Shown here: positions 10,828 through 23,892 of the stretch, one piece after another
How positions within the stretch are numbered: position 1 is the first letter of the stretch
Layout: each line of letters opens with the position of its first letter
Assembly: GCA_035286165.1 (NCBI GenBank)
Contig: JAYKHZ010000133.1
Coordinates: 1 to 43,643, forward strand
From: Synechococcus sp.
Lineage (GTDB): Bacteria > Cyanobacteriota > Cyanobacteriia > PCC-6307 > Cyanobiaceae
Direction of reading: 5' to 3'
DNA: 43,643 bases
The notes under the pieces: model-generated
The model's database searches: none
What the model was told of the DNA's origin: nothing
The model's input: only the letters and a program-made list of their open reading frames with translations
Translations under genes and position numbers: made by a program

Positions 10828-12114
10828 ATGGCTCCTCAGCTCACCCTGCAGGCTCCGCTGGAACTGCCCCCCCAGGACGTGGCCGACTACCTCGGTCGCC
10901 TCTGGAGTGGGGACCAGGACCACGCCAATGGCGCTGCAACCTTCTCCCTGCTGGTTTGGCAACCCTCCTGGATTGAGCAACAGCTGATCCGGTTGGGCCG
11001 TCTCGATGGCCCCATCACGGGCCTGGAACGCTCAGAGCTGCTGGAGGCAGCCCGCAAGGCCACCCCGGATTGCGAATTGCCCCCCTCCACCTCACCGCTG
11101 GCACCTGAGCTGGCCTGGCAACTGGGACAACTGCCTGGTGACTGCGCCGCCGATGATCTCCGCGGTCAACACGTGGATCCAGCCATCAGTCGGCATCAGC
11201 CCCGGCGATTGATCACCCTGGCCCCCACCCTCGATGGGCACAAAACGCTGGAGACCCTGGTGGCGGCCTACTGCCCCCTGCCGGAGGAGGGACCTGCCTC
11301 GGCGGTATGCGGCGACGTGGTGGTGATGCGCGGTGGCATGGAGGCCCTCGAACGCGAGCTGGGCATGGTGAATTCCCTAATGCCCAATGAATTGCCGTGT
11401 TGGGTGTGGTGGAACGGCGCCCTCGATGAAGCCCCCCAGTTGTTTGAGGGCATCAGCCAAGCGCCGCGGCGACTGATCGTGGACACCGCCATCGGGTCCC
11501 CAGCCCGGGCCCTCGATGTGCTCTGCGAACGCGCCGCCAGCGGTCAAGCCATCAGTGATCTGAACTGGTACCGGCTGCTGAGCTGGCGCGAAAACCTGGC
11601 CATGGTGTTCGATCACCCCGAGCGCCGCGATGCCCTGGCCCATGTGGTGCAGCTCGACATCGATGTGCAGGGGCACCAGCCAGTGCAGGGCCTGCTGATG
11701 GCAGCTTGGATCGCTGATCGCCTGGGCTGGAATCTGGAGACCAGCACCAGCAGCGATGGTGATGGCATCAGCGCCAGCTTCCGGCGCCCCGATGGCGTAA
11801 CCGTGCAGTTCAATCAACACCCTGTGCCGGTGGGTGAACCCAGCACCCATCCCGGCAGCCTGGTGGGGCTGCGCATGATCTGCAAGCCCGAGCATCGCCA
11901 GCCCCTCTGCGTGATCCTCTGCGGTGAAACCGGCGGCTGCATGCGCCTGGAGGCCGGTGGCATGGCCCAGCTGGAACTCGTGGAGGAGGTGGTGGTCTCC
12001 ACGATTGAATCGGTTCAGCGGGAGGTGTCACGCACCCTGCGCGGCGGCCACGACAGCACCAACCCACTATTGGCGGCCTGCGTCCCCCTGGCGTCCAGAC
12101 TGCTGCCGCGTTGA
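10828..12114 (+). CDS. opcA: G6PDH assembly/activator protein OpcA
   Basis: MAPQLTLQAPL start, WVWWNG and DLNWYRLLSWRE motifs; directly follows zwf. Confidence 0.93.
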   Translation: MAPQLTLQAPLELPPQDVADYLGRLWSGDQDHANGAATFSLLVWQPSWIEQQLIRLGRLDGPITGLERSELLEAARKATPDCELPPSTSPLAPELAWQLGQLPGDCAADDLRGQHVDPAISRHQPRRLITLAPTLDGHKTLETLVAAYCPLPEEGPASAVCGDVVVMRGGMEALERELGMVNSLMPNELPCWVWWNGALDEAPQLFEGISQAPRRLIVDTAIGSPARALDVLCERAASGQAISDLNWYRLLSWRENLAMVFDHPERRDALAHVVQLDIDVQGHQPVQGLLMAAWIADRLGWNLETSTSSDGDGISASFRRPDGVTVQFNQHPVPVGEPSTHPGSLVGLRMICKPEHRQPLCVILCGETGGCMRLEAGGMAQLELVEEVVVSTIESVQREVSRTLRGGHDSTNPLLAACVPLASRLLPR

Positions 12115-12127
12115 GCGGCATGCGGGT

Positions 12128-13498
12128 TTGAGCCTTCTGATCGCAGCGCCCTGCAGCGGCAGCGGCAAAACCCTGGTGTCGCTGCTGCTGGTCGCCGTGG
12201 CCCACACCCGCGGCCTGGGCCTGCAGACCTTCAAGGTGGGACCCGATTACCTCGATCCCCAACTGCTCAGCCAAGCCAGCGGGCGCCCCTGCCGCAACCT
12301 GGATCTGCTGCTCTGTGGCCAGAGCTGGGTGCAGCGCAGTTTTCACTGGTGGAGCCAACAGCAACCCCTGGCCCTGGTGGAGGGGGTGATGGGGCTGTTC
12401 GATGGGCTGGGCCCCAGCCCGGAAGGCAGCAGCGCTGCGGTGGCCAAGAGCCTGGATCTACCCGTGGTTCTCGTGGTGGAAGCCAGCCGTCAGGCGGGAT
12501 CCCTGGCCGCAGTGGTGCGGGGCTTCCGCGATCACGACCCCGACCTGACGATCGCCGGGGTGGTGTTGAACGGCGTCTCAACGCCGCGCCACCAGCAACT
12601 GCTGAGTGAAAGCCTGGCTGCGATCAACATGCCCCTGCTGGGGGTGCTGCCGCGCCATCCAGCCCTGGAACTCCCCAGCCGCCACCTGGGACTGCTGCCG
12701 CCGCAGGACCTTCCTGATTGGCCAGAGCGCCTGCAGCAACTCGCTGAACTGGCACCCCAATGGCTGAACCTGGATCAGCTGCTGCCGCTGTTGCAGGTGC
12801 CCGAGGCGCAACCCGTGCAGCCACCCCTGCTGCAGCTGGGTCCTGCGGCTGCTCCCCATGGAACGGTGGTGGCGATCGCCCGCGATAACGCCTTTCATTT
12901 CTGCTACCCGGAGCTCACTGAATCACTCGAGCACCTGGGCTTCACCGTGCAGTGGTGGGCACCACTGGAGGATCAAGCCCTACCGAAGGGCACCGCCGCC
13001 GTGGTGCTGCCGGGGGGCTACCCAGAGCTGCACGCCGCTGAACTAAGCGCCAGTCAGCGCAGCCTGGCGGCGCTGCGGGCCCATGGTCAGGCGGGCCGTC
13101 CGATCTATGCCGAATGCGGCGGCATGTTGTTGCTGGGTGAACAGTTGGAAGATCGCCACGGCCAACTCCACCCCATGGCGGGTCTACTGCCCCTGATCGC
13201 CCGGCGCGGCAGCCTCAGCCTCGGCTACAGGCGCGCCACCGCGCTGAGGGATGGATTCTTGCTGCGCCAAGGGGAACAGCTGCGCGGCCATGAATTCCAC
13301 CGCTGGCAATTGGAGCCCCTTGAACAAACCAGACAGCCACAACAGCTGTGGCAATTGGAGGGGTGGGGAGTTGTGTCTACAGTTGAGGGATGGTCAGACA
13401 GCGCAATTCACGCAAGTTGGCTTCACCTCCAGTGGGGTGGATGCCCTTCGATAGCCCGGCGGTTTGGGCGCGCCGCTCAAGCCGCAATGGCCTTGTAA
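12128..13498 (+). CDS. cobB: Cobyrinate a,c-diamide synthase
   Basis: AAPCSGSGKT P-loop, FKVGPDYLDP, EGVMGLFDG, SRHLGL, GGYPEL, YAECGGM, GHEFH; in-frame TTG start at 12128. Confidence 0.93.
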   Translation: MSLLIAAPCSGSGKTLVSLLLVAVAHTRGLGLQTFKVGPDYLDPQLLSQASGRPCRNLDLLLCGQSWVQRSFHWWSQQQPLALVEGVMGLFDGLGPSPEGSSAAVAKSLDLPVVLVVEASRQAGSLAAVVRGFRDHDPDLTIAGVVLNGVSTPRHQQLLSESLAAINMPLLGVLPRHPALELPSRHLGLLPPQDLPDWPERLQQLAELAPQWLNLDQLLPLLQVPEAQPVQPPLLQLGPAAAPHGTVVAIARDNAFHFCYPELTESLEHLGFTVQWWAPLEDQALPKGTAAVVLPGGYPELHAAELSASQRSLAALRAHGQAGRPIYAECGGMLLLGEQLEDRHGQLHPMAGLLPLIARRGSLSLGYRRATALRDGFLLRQGEQLRGHEFHRWQLEPLEQTRQPQQLWQLEGWGVVSTVEGWSDSAIHASWLHLQWGGCPSIARRFGRAAQAAMAL

Positions 13499-13539
13499 CT
13501 CAGGGCCACAGCGATCGGCTTCGGGTGTCGGACTTCAGC

Positions 13540-13863
13540 ATGCGGGAACGCTGGCGCTTTCTGGTGCGTGGTCAGGTGCAGGGCGTTGGCTTCCGTTCGG
13601 CATGCAGCGCCATGGCCCATGACCTGGGCCTCTCCGGTTGGGTGCGCAACTGCAGTGATGGGAGTGTGGAGGTGCAGGCCGAAGGGTCTGAACAACAGGT
13701 GATCGCCCTGCGGGTGTGGTGTGAAAAAGGTCCATCGGGAGCACGGGTAGCGTCCCTGCTGGCCAGTCGGGTGGCCGCCACCGGGGCTGATTGGTTTGAA
13801 ATCCGCCCCGATCTGCTCAGCGATTACCCCGCCGTTAACCAAGCCAAAAGATCTGCTCCATAG
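13540..13863 (+). CDS. acyP: Acylphosphatase
   Basis: VRGQVQGVGFR, GWVRN-x-SDGSVEV and GPSGARV motifs. Confidence 0.92.
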   Translation: MRERWRFLVRGQVQGVGFRSACSAMAHDLGLSGWVRNCSDGSVEVQAEGSEQQVIALRVWCEKGPSGARVASLLASRVAATGADWFEIRPDLLSDYPAVNQAKRSAP

Positions 13864-13895
13864 CCTGACGCTGAAGCACGGCTTGAACAGAGCGG

Positions 13896-14474
13896 ATGGC
13901 TCCCCCAACGGCGATCTGGCTGATCCGCCACGGCGCAACTGAGTGGAGCCGCAATGGCCGCCACACCGGTAGCAGTGATATTCCCCTGCTGCCTGAGGGG
14001 GAGCAGGAAGCGCAGCTGCTGGCCCCAATGCTGGCCCAGCAAAGCTTCAGCCGCGTGTGGGTGAGCCCCCTGCAGCGGGCCAAACGCACCTGTGAGCTGG
14101 CGGGCCTCGCCCCCCAGGCCGAGACACTCGATGACCTACGCGAGTGGGACTACGGGCGCTATGAGGGCATCACCACCGCTGAGATCCGTCAGACCGTGCC
14201 GGATTGGACGGTCTGGAGCCACGGCTGCCCTGGCGGTGAAAACGCCAACGACCTGACCCGCCGCTGTGAGCGCCTGATCGAGCAGCTGTTGAGCTGCAAC
14301 GGCCAGGTGGCCCTCTTTGCCCATGGACACCTGCTGCGCAGCTTGGCCGCCACCTGGATTGGCCAGGGAGCTCAAGGGGGCAGCCACCTGATCCTCAGCA
14401 CCGCCACCACCAGCGTGCTGGGGTTTGAGCGCGAGAATCGCGCCCTGATGCGCTGGAACGCCCCATGCCGCTGA
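13896..14474 (+). CDS. Histidine phosphatase (phosphoglycerate mutase superfamily)
   Basis: RHGATEWS-x-NGRHTG, SPLQRA, EWDYGRYEG and FAHGHLLR motifs. Confidence 0.9.
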   Translation: MAPPTAIWLIRHGATEWSRNGRHTGSSDIPLLPEGEQEAQLLAPMLAQQSFSRVWVSPLQRAKRTCELAGLAPQAETLDDLREWDYGRYEGITTAEIRQTVPDWTVWSHGCPGGENANDLTRRCERLIEQLLSCNGQVALFAHGHLLRSLAATWIGQGAQGGSHLILSTATTSVLGFERENRALMRWNAPCR

Positions 14475-15166
14475 CCCGCACCCTCACCGAGCTCACGGCC
14501 TGCGGCTTTGCCGTGGCCCTCAGCCCGCTGGATATCGCCCTGGTGCTGCTGCTTCTGCTGGGCACAGCGCCACTGCTGAAATCCAGCCTGTTCAGCAGCG
14601 CCTGGTTCCTCACCAACAGCGTCGCCATCGCCCTGCTGGTGACTGTTGGCAAGGGGCTCACCCTCTCGATGGAAAAAGGTGGGGTGCACCAGGTGGGCCT
14701 GGATCTGGTGGCGGCAGGCGCCCTGCTGGCCCTGGGCATTCGCGAACTGGATCCCAAGCCCAAGGGCTACGAGGATCTGCAGAACAGCTGGATCAACAAG
14801 CTCGCCAAAGTGGGGCAGCTGCCCCTGGCCCTGATGATGCTGGTGGCACCAGCCACGTTGCTGCTCAGCCCCGACAACCTGTTTCTGCTGGCCAAGGGGG
14901 CAGCCCTGGTGCAGGGGGGCCACCACCAGCAAGCCACGGAAATCGGCTTGATCGCCTATTTCAGCCTGATCAGCAGCAGCCTGCTGCTGTTGCCGATCGT
15001 GCTGTTGCTCATCAACCGCCAGCTGGTGCAACCCTGGCTGGAGGCAGGCAAACAGTTCATTGAAGTGCGCAGCAGCCTGATCCTGGGGCTGCTGAGCCTG
15101 GCCCTGGCGGTCTACCTGGGCTGGTCAGGCTGGACTGGCCTGGGCCAGTTCACCACCATCAGCTGA
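14465..15166 (+). CDS. GAP/Sap family (LysE-like) membrane protein
   Basis: AVALSPLDIALVLLLL start, SPDNL internal repeat, about 6 TM helices. Confidence 0.65.
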   Translation: MPLTRTLTELTACGFAVALSPLDIALVLLLLLGTAPLLKSSLFSSAWFLTNSVAIALLVTVGKGLTLSMEKGGVHQVGLDLVAAGALLALGIRELDPKPKGYEDLQNSWINKLAKVGQLPLALMMLVAPATLLLSPDNLFLLAKGAALVQGGHHQQATEIGLIAYFSLISSSLLLLPIVLLLINRQLVQPWLEAGKQFIEVRSSLILGLLSLALAVYLGWSGWTGLGQFTTIS

Positions 15167-15170
15167 ACAA

Positions 15171-16602
15171 TCAGCTGAGCTGCTTAAGCCAGCTGTTGCG
15201 GGCCTCAGCCGGCGCATCCCTGCCCACCAACCAAACCCGGCGGCGGGCCCGGCTGACAGCCACGTACACCAGCTGACGCCGGATTGATTCCTCCTGGGGC
15301 CAGTGCACATCCGGCGCCACGAACACATCGGTGAAACTGCTGCCTTGACTGCGGTGCACCGTCAGCACTGCCGCGGGGCCCACCCGGGCAAAGGAATCGC
15401 GCAGCAGAAAGAACTGACGCCAGAGCATGCGCCGCTCACTGCCACTGGCCAACTTGGCGCGGCTGCGCAGATCCGAGAGGGCCGCATCAAGGCGGCGGCG
15501 ACCATCACTGCCCGGTGCTGGCGCCAAGCGCAGTTGCAGCTGGGTTTCACCGGCCTCCACCTCCACTTTGAGGGTTTCAATCACCGGCGCCTGGGGCAAG
15601 CCCAGATCAGCGAGATCACAGCGATCCGGGGTGACATCCCGCACCAGCAGCTCCCGGTTGGAGCCCAGCACCAGATCGGCATCCTCCCCGTTGGCGAGCC
15701 CCTCCTGGCAGGCGGGGGCCATCACCGCAGCCCGGGTGATCAGCACCTCACCGGGCAACACCGGCAACTGATCGGCCATCTCGCCATGGAGTGCCCGGCG
15801 GGCGATGGGCACCAGCCGATCGAGGGTGCGGTTGGTGAAACACAGCAGCCGCGCCTGGTCCGGATCCAAGCGCTCGCTGCTCAAGCGCAGGGCAGCCTGG
15901 GCTTCAGCGATCCACTCCTCCCGGCCCACCACGGCCACCCGGGCAGCGTTGTCATCGATGGGGGGAAGCAGCGGGGGCTGGGTGCTGGGCAGCTGCCCAA
16001 GCCGCAGCCCAGTGGCCAAGCGCAACACCGGCCCACCGTGGCGCACCACCTCCTGCAGATGGCAGGCCACCGCCCGCTGCATCGCAAACACCGGGCTGTT
16101 GGGCTCACTCACCGGCGGGAGCTGGGCCGGATCGCCCACAAACACCAATCGCGTGCCGTAGGGATGGGCGCACTGCAGGGTGATCTCCAGCAGGCGGCTA
16201 TCGATCATGGAGGCCTCATCCACCAGCACCAGGCTGAGGTGCTCCAGAGCCGTTGCGGTTTGTTCGGTGGGATCACAGCGCTCCTGCTCCTCCTGGCGAC
16301 TGAGCTTGAGGCGCAGCAAGCGGTGAATCGTGGAGGGGTACCAGGTGGGGCGCAACCCCTGGGTTTCAAGCTGCTGCCGCAGCACCCCCACCGCCTTATG
16401 GGTGGGGGCCGCCACGGTCCAACAGAGACCGGCCGCATCGGAGAGCTCCAGGAAACGGGCCGAGAGAAAGGTTTTGCCCGTGCCTGCGTAGCCACTCAGC
16501 ACAAAGGGTTGGCCATCACCATTCCCCTCAAGCCACGCGCGGAAGGCACTGAGGGCTTCCTCCTGGCCGCTGGTCAATGACAACGCGCTGGACTTGCTCA
16601 GT

Positions 16603-16616
<14 letters not shown>
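15171..16616 (-). CDS. RecD/Dda-like SF1B ATP-dependent DNA helicase
   Basis: GYAGTGKT, APTHKA, TIHRLL, VDEASM, GDPAQLPPV, TVHRSQGSSF and YVAVSRA motifs. Confidence 0.9.
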
Positions 16617-18038
<1,422 letters not shown>

Positions 18039-18242
18039 CTAGGCCTGAACCGCCTGCAACAGATTGCCCAGGGCTTCAGGCAGTTCCATCACCAGGGTGA
18101 TGGCGGCAAATTCACTCACTTCAGGGCGATTCCAGGCCAGTTCGCCATGGAGGTGCTCCAGGGTGAACAGCAGCTCCAGGCCGCTCATGGCCCGCAGCTC
18201 TTCAAGGGAAGGGCCACCGGGGGAAGGCAAGGCAAAGGCCAT
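18039..18242 (-). CDS. Small hypothetical protein (67 aa)
   Basis: ATG at 18242 (MAFALPSPGG...), fills the folD-crtE gap, coding-like GC3. Confidence 0.55.
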   Translation of the reverse strand: MAFALPSPGGPSLEELRAMSGLELLFTLEHLHGELAWNRPEVSEFAAITLVMELPEALGNLLQAVQA

Positions 18243-18303
18243 CGGCAACCCCCCAGCAACAACAGAACCTAAAGAAAACCTTAATGCGGCTCTGGGGTGC
18301 TTG

Positions 18304-19182
18304 TCACAGGCCGGGGCAGGGATCCGGCAAGCCATGGCGGCGAGTCCAGGCCCGCACCGCATTGAGCAGCAGCATGGTCACGGTCATGGGGCCCACCCCA
18401 CCGGGCACCGGGGTGAGCGCAGCGGCAATCTCTGCGAGCTCCTCAGCGCGCACATCTCCGCAGAGCCCCCCCTCCGGCTTGCGGTGGATGCCCACATCCA
18501 CCACCACGGCCCCAGGGCGCACGTGCTCCGCGCCAATCAAGCCAGGCCGCCCGGCGGCCACCACCAGCACATCCGCCTGACGGGTGACCTCCGCCAGATC
18601 ACGGGTGCGGGAGTGGGCCATGGTGACCGTGGCATCAGCCTTTTGCAGCATCAGCGCCATCGGCTGCCCCACCAGGATGCTGCGGCCAATCACCACCGCC
18701 CTGGCCCCCTGCAGATCCACCTGGGCTTCCTTGAGCAAGGCCATCACCCCGGCGGGGGTGCAGCTGCGCGGGCCAGGCTCCGATCGCACCAGACGGCCCA
18801 GATTCAACGGATGCAGGCCATCGGCATCCTTATCGGGGTCGAGCACCTGCAGCAGGGCGCGGTCATCAATGCCCGCAGGCACGGGCAACTGCACCAGGAT
18901 TCCATCGACAGCCGGATCCTGATTCAGCGCCTGCAGCCGGGCTTCGATCTCTGCCTGGGGCGTATCAGCAGCCAGGTGAGCGCCGTGGCTGGCCAGCCCC
19001 ACCCGCGCGCAGGCCTTCTCTTTGTTGGCCACGTACACGCCACTGGCCGGATCATCCCCCACCCGCAACACCGCCAACCCCGGCGGGCGACCAGCCTGGC
19101 TGAGGCCATCACGAATTGCAGCCGCCAGCTCGCCCTCGAGGCGAGTAGCAAGCGCGCGGCCATCGAGACGCTGGGCGGGCAT
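18304..19182 (-). CDS. folD: Bifunctional methylenetetrahydrofolate dehydrogenase/cyclohydrolase
   Basis: [39 protein letters not shown] and [11 protein letters not shown] motifs; ATG at 19182. Confidence 0.96.
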   Translation of the reverse strand: MPAQRLDGRALATRLEGELAAAIRDGLSQAGRPPGLAVLRVGDDPASGVYVANKEKACARVGLASHGAHLAADTPQAEIEARLQALNQDPAVDGILVQLPVPAGIDDRALLQVLDPDKDADGLHPLNLGRLVRSEPGPRSCTPAGVMALLKEAQVDLQGARAVVIGRSILVGQPMALMLQKADATVTMAHSRTRDLAEVTRQADVLVVAAGRPGLIGAEHVRPGAVVVDVGIHRKPEGGLCGDVRAEELAEIAAALTPVPGGVGPMTVTMLLLNAVRAWTRRHGLPDPCPGL

Positions 19183-19225
19183 CACGGATTCGGGAGCTAG
19201 CTTCAGTTTGACCACAGGCCAGCTC

Positions 19226-21310
19226 GTGCCTTCAGCCCCCACCGCCTGGCAACGAACCTTTGTCCAGAGGCTGCAGCGACGCTGGCGCCTCTGGCTGCGC
19301 CATGAACAGCCGCGCCGGGTGAGTGTGCGCTGGTATGGCGGCGAAGCCCTGGTGGTGCTGCTGGCCTGTCTTGTGGTGGGGGTGATTTCCGCCTGGCCCT
19401 GGCTGGTGCAGCCCTCATTGCGCCCCGGCCTACCGGCTCCCTTCGAGATCCGCGCCCCCCGCGATGCTTCGGTGGTGGATTCCGAGGCCCTGGCACAGCG
19501 CCGTTCCCAGCTGGGGCCGCGCATTCAGGTGCAGATCACTGACCAGGACGCCACCAAGCAGTTGCAGGAACGGCTGGGGCGCCTGCTGCTGGAGCTGCAG
19601 AACAGCGTGGCCTCCGAAGAGGCGCGGCTGGCCCCCATCAGCCTGAATGCCGAAGAGGCCGAGTACCTCAGCACGCTCTCTGCTGATGCCCAGCAGCAGT
19701 GGCAGCAGAAGGTGGTGCAGGCCCAGCGGCGCATGCTGGCCCAGGGGCTGGTGAGCACCCTGGCCGAAAGCCAGCTGCGGCAAGCCGCATGGCTGCAGCT
19801 TCACACCATGGCTGAACCGGGCCGCACCCTCGGCGCCAAGCTGATCACCCGTTCGCTGCAGGGCAGCACCAACCTGCGCACCGACAACGGCCTCACCCAG
19901 GTGCTGCTCAATGACCTGATCAACCAGGACGGCCTGCCGAAAATTGAAGTGAAGGCTGGGGAAATGATCACCGTGCGCGGTGAACTGATCAGCCAGCGGG
20001 CCTATGACGTACTCGACAGCTTTGGGCTGATCAGCCGCAGCCCAGCGGTGGGCCTGTTCCTGGTGCGCTGGATCGAGGCCAGTGCCGGCGCGGGGCTGAT
20101 GCTGCTGATCTGCAGACGCTGGAAGCCCGATCTCAACGTGCCCCAGGCCCTGTTGCTGCTCGGCACCCTGGCAACGGTGCAGGGCTGCAAGCTCTGGTTT
20201 GGGCCCTCCGTGAGCGCCCTGGCCCTGTTGGTGCCCCCGAGTTTGCTGCTGGCCGAAGGTCTGGGGGCCAGCTGCGGCCTCAGCTGGCTGGCCTTAGCCA
20301 CCCTGCTCTGGCCGGTGCCGCTGAACAACATCGGCACCGCTCGCCTGCTGGTGGCCGCAGGCGTGGCGGTGGTGGGGGTGCTGCTGGCCTCGCGCCAGCG
20401 CTCCCGCGCCGAGATGCTGCAGAGCGCTGTGCTGCTCACGGTGGCGGCCCTGCTGTTTGAGGCCGCCCTGATGCAGCTGATGGGCAGTGCTGTGGGCGGT
20501 GAACTGCTCAGCGAAGGGGTGTTGATGGGGGGTCTGCTGCTGCTGGGCCTGCTGCTGGCCCCCATGGTGGAAAAGATGTTCGGGATGATCACCCGCTCAC
20601 GGCTGCTGGAGCTCTGCGATCTGCAACGGCCGTTGCTGCGGCGCCTGGCCTCGGAGGCACCGGGCACCTTTGAGCACACGCTGATGATCTGCGGCCTGGC
20701 CGAAGCAGGGGTGCGGGCGATCGGCGGCGATGTGGATCTGGTGCGCACCGGTGCGCTCTATCACGATGTAGGCAAACTCCATGCGCCGCAGTGGTTCATC
20801 GAGAACCAGAACGGGGACAACCCCCACGATCATCTCGATGATCCTTGGCGCAGTGCTGAGATCCTGCAGGCCCACGTGGATGAAGGGCTGAAGATGGCCC
20901 GCCGCTATGGCCTGCCGGCTCCAATCGCGGATTTCATCCCCGAACACCAGGGCACCCTGCGCATGGGGTATTTCCTGCACCGGGCCAGGGAACTGAGCCC
21001 CAACACCAGCGATCGGCCGTTCCGTTACCGCGGACCCAGGCCCCAATCCAAGGAAACCGCCGTGCTGATGCTCGCCGATGGCTGCGAAGCCGCGTTGCGC
21101 TCAATGCCTCCGGAAACCAGTGAAGAGCAGGCCTGCGACAGTGTGCGCCGCATCATTCAGGCACGCCGCTTCGATGGGCAGCTGGATGACAGCGGGCTTG
21201 GAACCGGAGAAATCGAATTGCTGGTCCGCGCCTTCGTTCAGGTGTGGCGGCGCATGCGCCACCGCCGTATCCCCTACCCCATTCCGGCCCGCAAAGCGTT
21301 CAGCGCTTGA
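19226..21310 (+). CDS. 7TM HDIG-domain phosphohydrolase (PgpH-like cyclic di-AMP phosphodiesterase family)
   Basis: [46 protein letters not shown]; central TM bundle; start uncertain. Confidence 0.88.
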   Translation: MPSAPTAWQRTFVQRLQRRWRLWLRHEQPRRVSVRWYGGEALVVLLACLVVGVISAWPWLVQPSLRPGLPAPFEIRAPRDASVVDSEALAQRRSQLGPRIQVQITDQDATKQLQERLGRLLLELQNSVASEEARLAPISLNAEEAEYLSTLSADAQQQWQQKVVQAQRRMLAQGLVSTLAESQLRQAAWLQLHTMAEPGRTLGAKLITRSLQGSTNLRTDNGLTQVLLNDLINQDGLPKIEVKAGEMITVRGELISQRAYDVLDSFGLISRSPAVGLFLVRWIEASAGAGLMLLICRRWKPDLNVPQALLLLGTLATVQGCKLWFGPSVSALALLVPPSLLLAEGLGASCGLSWLALATLLWPVPLNNIGTARLLVAAGVAVVGVLLASRQRSRAEMLQSAVLLTVAALLFEAALMQLMGSAVGGELLSEGVLMGGLLLLGLLLAPMVEKMFGMITRSRLLELCDLQRPLLRRLASEAPGTFEHTLMICGLAEAGVRAIGGDVDLVRTGALYHDVGKLHAPQWFIENQNGDNPHDHLDDPWRSAEILQAHVDEGLKMARRYGLPAPIADFIPEHQGTLRMGYFLHRARELSPNTSDRPFRYRGPRPQSKETAVLMLADGCEAALRSMPPETSEEQACDSVRRIIQARRFDGQLDDSGLGTGEIELLVRAFVQVWRRMRHRRIPYPIPARKAFSA

Positions 21311-21347
21311 AAGACTGACCTGAGCGAAACGAGGCTTGAGCCAAAAC

Positions 21348-22184
21348 TCAACCTTTCACGGCATCGCCGCTGGCGCTGGGCATGATGAAACGCTGCAGAA
21401 ACACGAACAGCCCCAAGACCGGCAGGATCGACACCACTGCGCCGGCGGCCACCAGGCGCCAATCGAGCGAAAAGGAGCTGGAGAGCTGCTGCAGCCCCAG
21501 GGGCAATGTGTAGAGCTGCGGATCATCAAGAATCACCAGAGGCCAGAGGAAATCACTCCAGGTGCCGATGAATACAAACATCGCCAGGGTGATCAGATCG
21601 GCGCGGGCGGCAGGAATCAGCACGTTCCACCACTCCCCAAGCGGGCTGCAGCCATCCATGCGGGCCGCCTCCTCCAGCTCGCGCGGGACCCCCAGAAAGC
21701 TTTGGCGCAGCAGATAAATCCCGAAGGCTGTTGCCGCATTCGGCAGGATCAGGGCCATCAAGGTGTTGCGCAGCCCCAGCTGAACCATCAGCAGATAGAG
21801 GGGGATCATCACCACCTGAAACGGAATCAGGATGGTGGCCACAACCACCGCCAGGATCAGGCCGCGGCCGCGGAAGCGCATCCGCGCCAACGGGAAGGCC
21901 GCCAGGGAGCAGAACAGCAGGTTGGCCACCACGCTGAAGGCGCTCACCACCGTGCTGTTGAGCAGGTAACGCCCCATGGGGCTCTGGCTGAAGAGCGTGC
22001 CGTAGGCCTGCAGGCTGGGCTGCGCCGGCAACAGCGATGGCGGCGAGAGGAAGATGTCCTCGGCTGGTCCTTTCAGCGAGGTGCTCAGCAGCCACAGCAG
22101 TGGGATCAACACCAGCAGGGCCACGAGCAGCAACACGGTCAGCTGCAGCAGCAGCGACCAGAGCGGCACACGGCGCTGCATCAC
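21348..22184 (-). CDS. Carbohydrate ABC transporter permease (MalG/LacG-like)
   Basis: EAA loop [19 protein letters not shown]-terminal AVKG. Confidence 0.92.
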   Translation of the reverse strand: MMQRRVPLWSLLLQLTVLLLVALLVLIPLLWLLSTSLKGPAEDIFLSPPSLLPAQPSLQAYGTLFSQSPMGRYLLNSTVVSAFSVVANLLFCSLAAFPLARMRFRGRGLILAVVVATILIPFQVVMIPLYLLMVQLGLRNTLMALILPNAATAFGIYLLRQSFLGVPRELEEAARMDGCSPLGEWWNVLIPAARADLITLAMFVFIGTWSDFLWPLVILDDPQLYTLPLGLQQLSSSFSLDWRLVAAGAVVSILPVLGLFVFLQRFIMPSASGDAVKG

Positions 22185-23815
22185 AGAACCGGTGCTTCCA
22201 GCGGCTCAGGGCTGGTGGTCAGCGGCATCTGCTGCGGGTGCAGCGGTGGATGCTTCTGCCCGCTCACCAAACGATTGAGGGCATTCACAAACGCCTGGGC
22301 TGCAGCCACCACGATGTCGGTGTCGGCGGCATGGCCGGAATAGAGATGGCCGTTCTGGCGCAGGCGAATCGTGACCTCACCCATCGCATCGATGCCCTCG
22401 GTCACCGACTTAACGCTGAACTCCACCAGATCGTTGGGCACCATCACCAGGCGATTGAGGGCCTGGCAGACCGCATCCACAGGACCCGTGCCAATGGCGG
22501 CCTGGGAACACTCCTCACCATCAGCGGTGCGCAGGGTCACGGTGGCAGTGGGGCGCAGATCACTGCCGCAACTCACCTGCACGCCGCTGAGCTGGTAGTA
22601 GGCCTCGGATTGCTGCTTGTGATCACTCACAATCGCCTCGAGATCACGGTCGGTGATCTCCCGTTTGCGATCGGCCAACTCCTTGAAGCGGGCAAACGCA
22701 TCATTGAGATCTTCACCGTCAAGGTGATAGCCCAGTTCCTCAAGGCGGGAGCGCACGGCGCTGCGGCCGCTGAGCTTGCCAAGACTGATGCGGTTGTCGT
22801 TCAGCCCGATGGTGCGGGCATCAATGATTTCGTAGGTGAGGCGATTTTTCAGCACACCGTCCTGGTGAATGCCCGATTCATGGGCAAACGCATTGGCGCC
22901 AACAATCGCTTTGTTGGGCTGCACTGCCATCCCGGTGAGATTCGACACCAACCGCGAGGTTTTGTAGATCTCCTCGGTTCGCACCCCGGTGAGCGGCTCG
23001 TCGCTATCGGCGCTGCGGCCAAGGAAAGGACCGAAATAGCTGCGCCGCACATGCAACGCCATCACCAACTCCTCGAGGGAGGCGTTCCCCGCCCGCTCAC
23101 CGATGCCGTTGATGGTGCATTCGAGCTGGCGGGCTCCGTTTTTCACCGACTCCAGGAAGTTGGCCACAGCCAAACCGAGGTCGTTGTGGCCGTGCACTGA
23201 AATCACCGCCTGGGCGATGTTGGGCACCTGGGCATTGATATCGGCAATCAACGCGCCGAACTCCCCAGGGGTGGTGTAGCCCACGGTGTCGGGGATGTTG
23301 ATCGTGGTGGCACCGGCTGCAATGGCCGCCTCGATCACCTGATGCATGAACTCCGGATCACTGCGTCCGGCGTCTTCACAGGAGAACTCCACGTCCTCCA
23401 CCAGGGAGCGGGCATAGGCCACCATCTCCGGCACAATCTCGAGCACCTCAGCGCGGCTCTTGCGCAGCTTGTGCTCCAGGTGAATGTCACTGGTGGCCAG
23501 GAAGGTGTGGATGCGCTTGTTGGCCGCCGGGGCAACGGCATCGGCGCAGGCCTTGATGTCGCCTTTGGTGGCGCGCGCCAAACCACAAATCGTGGGGCCA
23601 TCGGGGGTGCCCACCGTGGCGGCGATGCGCTGCACCGCCTCAAAATCACCAGGGCTGGCAAAGGGGAAACCCGCCTCGATGATGTCCACGCGCAGACGCG
23701 CGAGCTGCTGCGCAATCGCCAGCTTCTCGTCCAGGTTGAGGCTGGCCCCGGGTGATTGTTCACCGTCTCTGAGGGTGGTGTCGAAAATCAACACCCGACC
23801 CGGGTCGCGTGCCAT
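22181..23815 (-). CDS. leuA: 2-isopropylmalate synthase
   Basis: [37 protein letters not shown], regulatory-domain GPVDA. Confidence 0.97.
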   Translation of the reverse strand: MARDPGRVLIFDTTLRDGEQSPGASLNLDEKLAIAQQLARLRVDIIEAGFPFASPGDFEAVQRIAATVGTPDGPTICGLARATKGDIKACADAVAPAANKRIHTFLATSDIHLEHKLRKSRAEVLEIVPEMVAYARSLVEDVEFSCEDAGRSDPEFMHQVIEAAIAAGATTINIPDTVGYTTPGEFGALIADINAQVPNIAQAVISVHGHNDLGLAVANFLESVKNGARQLECTINGIGERAGNASLEELVMALHVRRSYFGPFLGRSADSDEPLTGVRTEEIYKTSRLVSNLTGMAVQPNKAIVGANAFAHESGIHQDGVLKNRLTYEIIDARTIGLNDNRISLGKLSGRSAVRSRLEELGYHLDGEDLNDAFARFKELADRKREITDRDLEAIVSDHKQQSEAYYQLSGVQVSCGSDLRPTATVTLRTADGEECSQAAIGTGPVDAVCQALNRLVMVPNDLVEFSVKSVTEGIDAMGEVTIRLRQNGHLYSGHAADTDIVVAAAQAFVNALNRLVSGQKHPPLHPQQMPLTTSPEPLEAPVL

Positions 23816-23848
23816 ACCTCTTATGCGGACTAACTATGAGTTATTCCC

Positions 23849-23892
23849 ATTCTAAGCCCTGCGGCCGCTACGCAGGAAAACAGCCGTACACT
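23849..23892. promoter_or_regulatory. Divergent promoter region leuA / GH57
   Basis: TAGAAT on the minus strand (23854-23849) toward leuA and TACACT on the plus strand (23887-23892) toward GH57; -35 elements weak. Confidence 0.35.

Noticed and set aside
11924-12127. N-terminal extension of cobB overlapping opcA
   Set aside because: Homology begins at LIAAPCSGSGKT and an in-frame TTG at 12128 gives a normal start
12872-12879. HIP1 octamer GCGATCGC
   Set aside because: Only a handful of copies were noticed in 43 kb of GC-rich DNA, so there is no evident enrichment
15303-16580. Long antisense ORFs (425 aa here; also 18064-19200, 21336-22343, 22037-23200, 32763-34229, 37165-38418, 38908-40107)
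   Set aside because: They are shadows of well-identified genes on the opposite strand, expected in high-GC3 coding DNA, and show no recognisable motifs
19022-19524. Apparent 500-bp head-to-head overlap of folD and the HDIG gene
   Set aside because: An artefact of longest-ORF calling; plausible starts at 19182 (minus) and about 19226 (plus) leave no overlap
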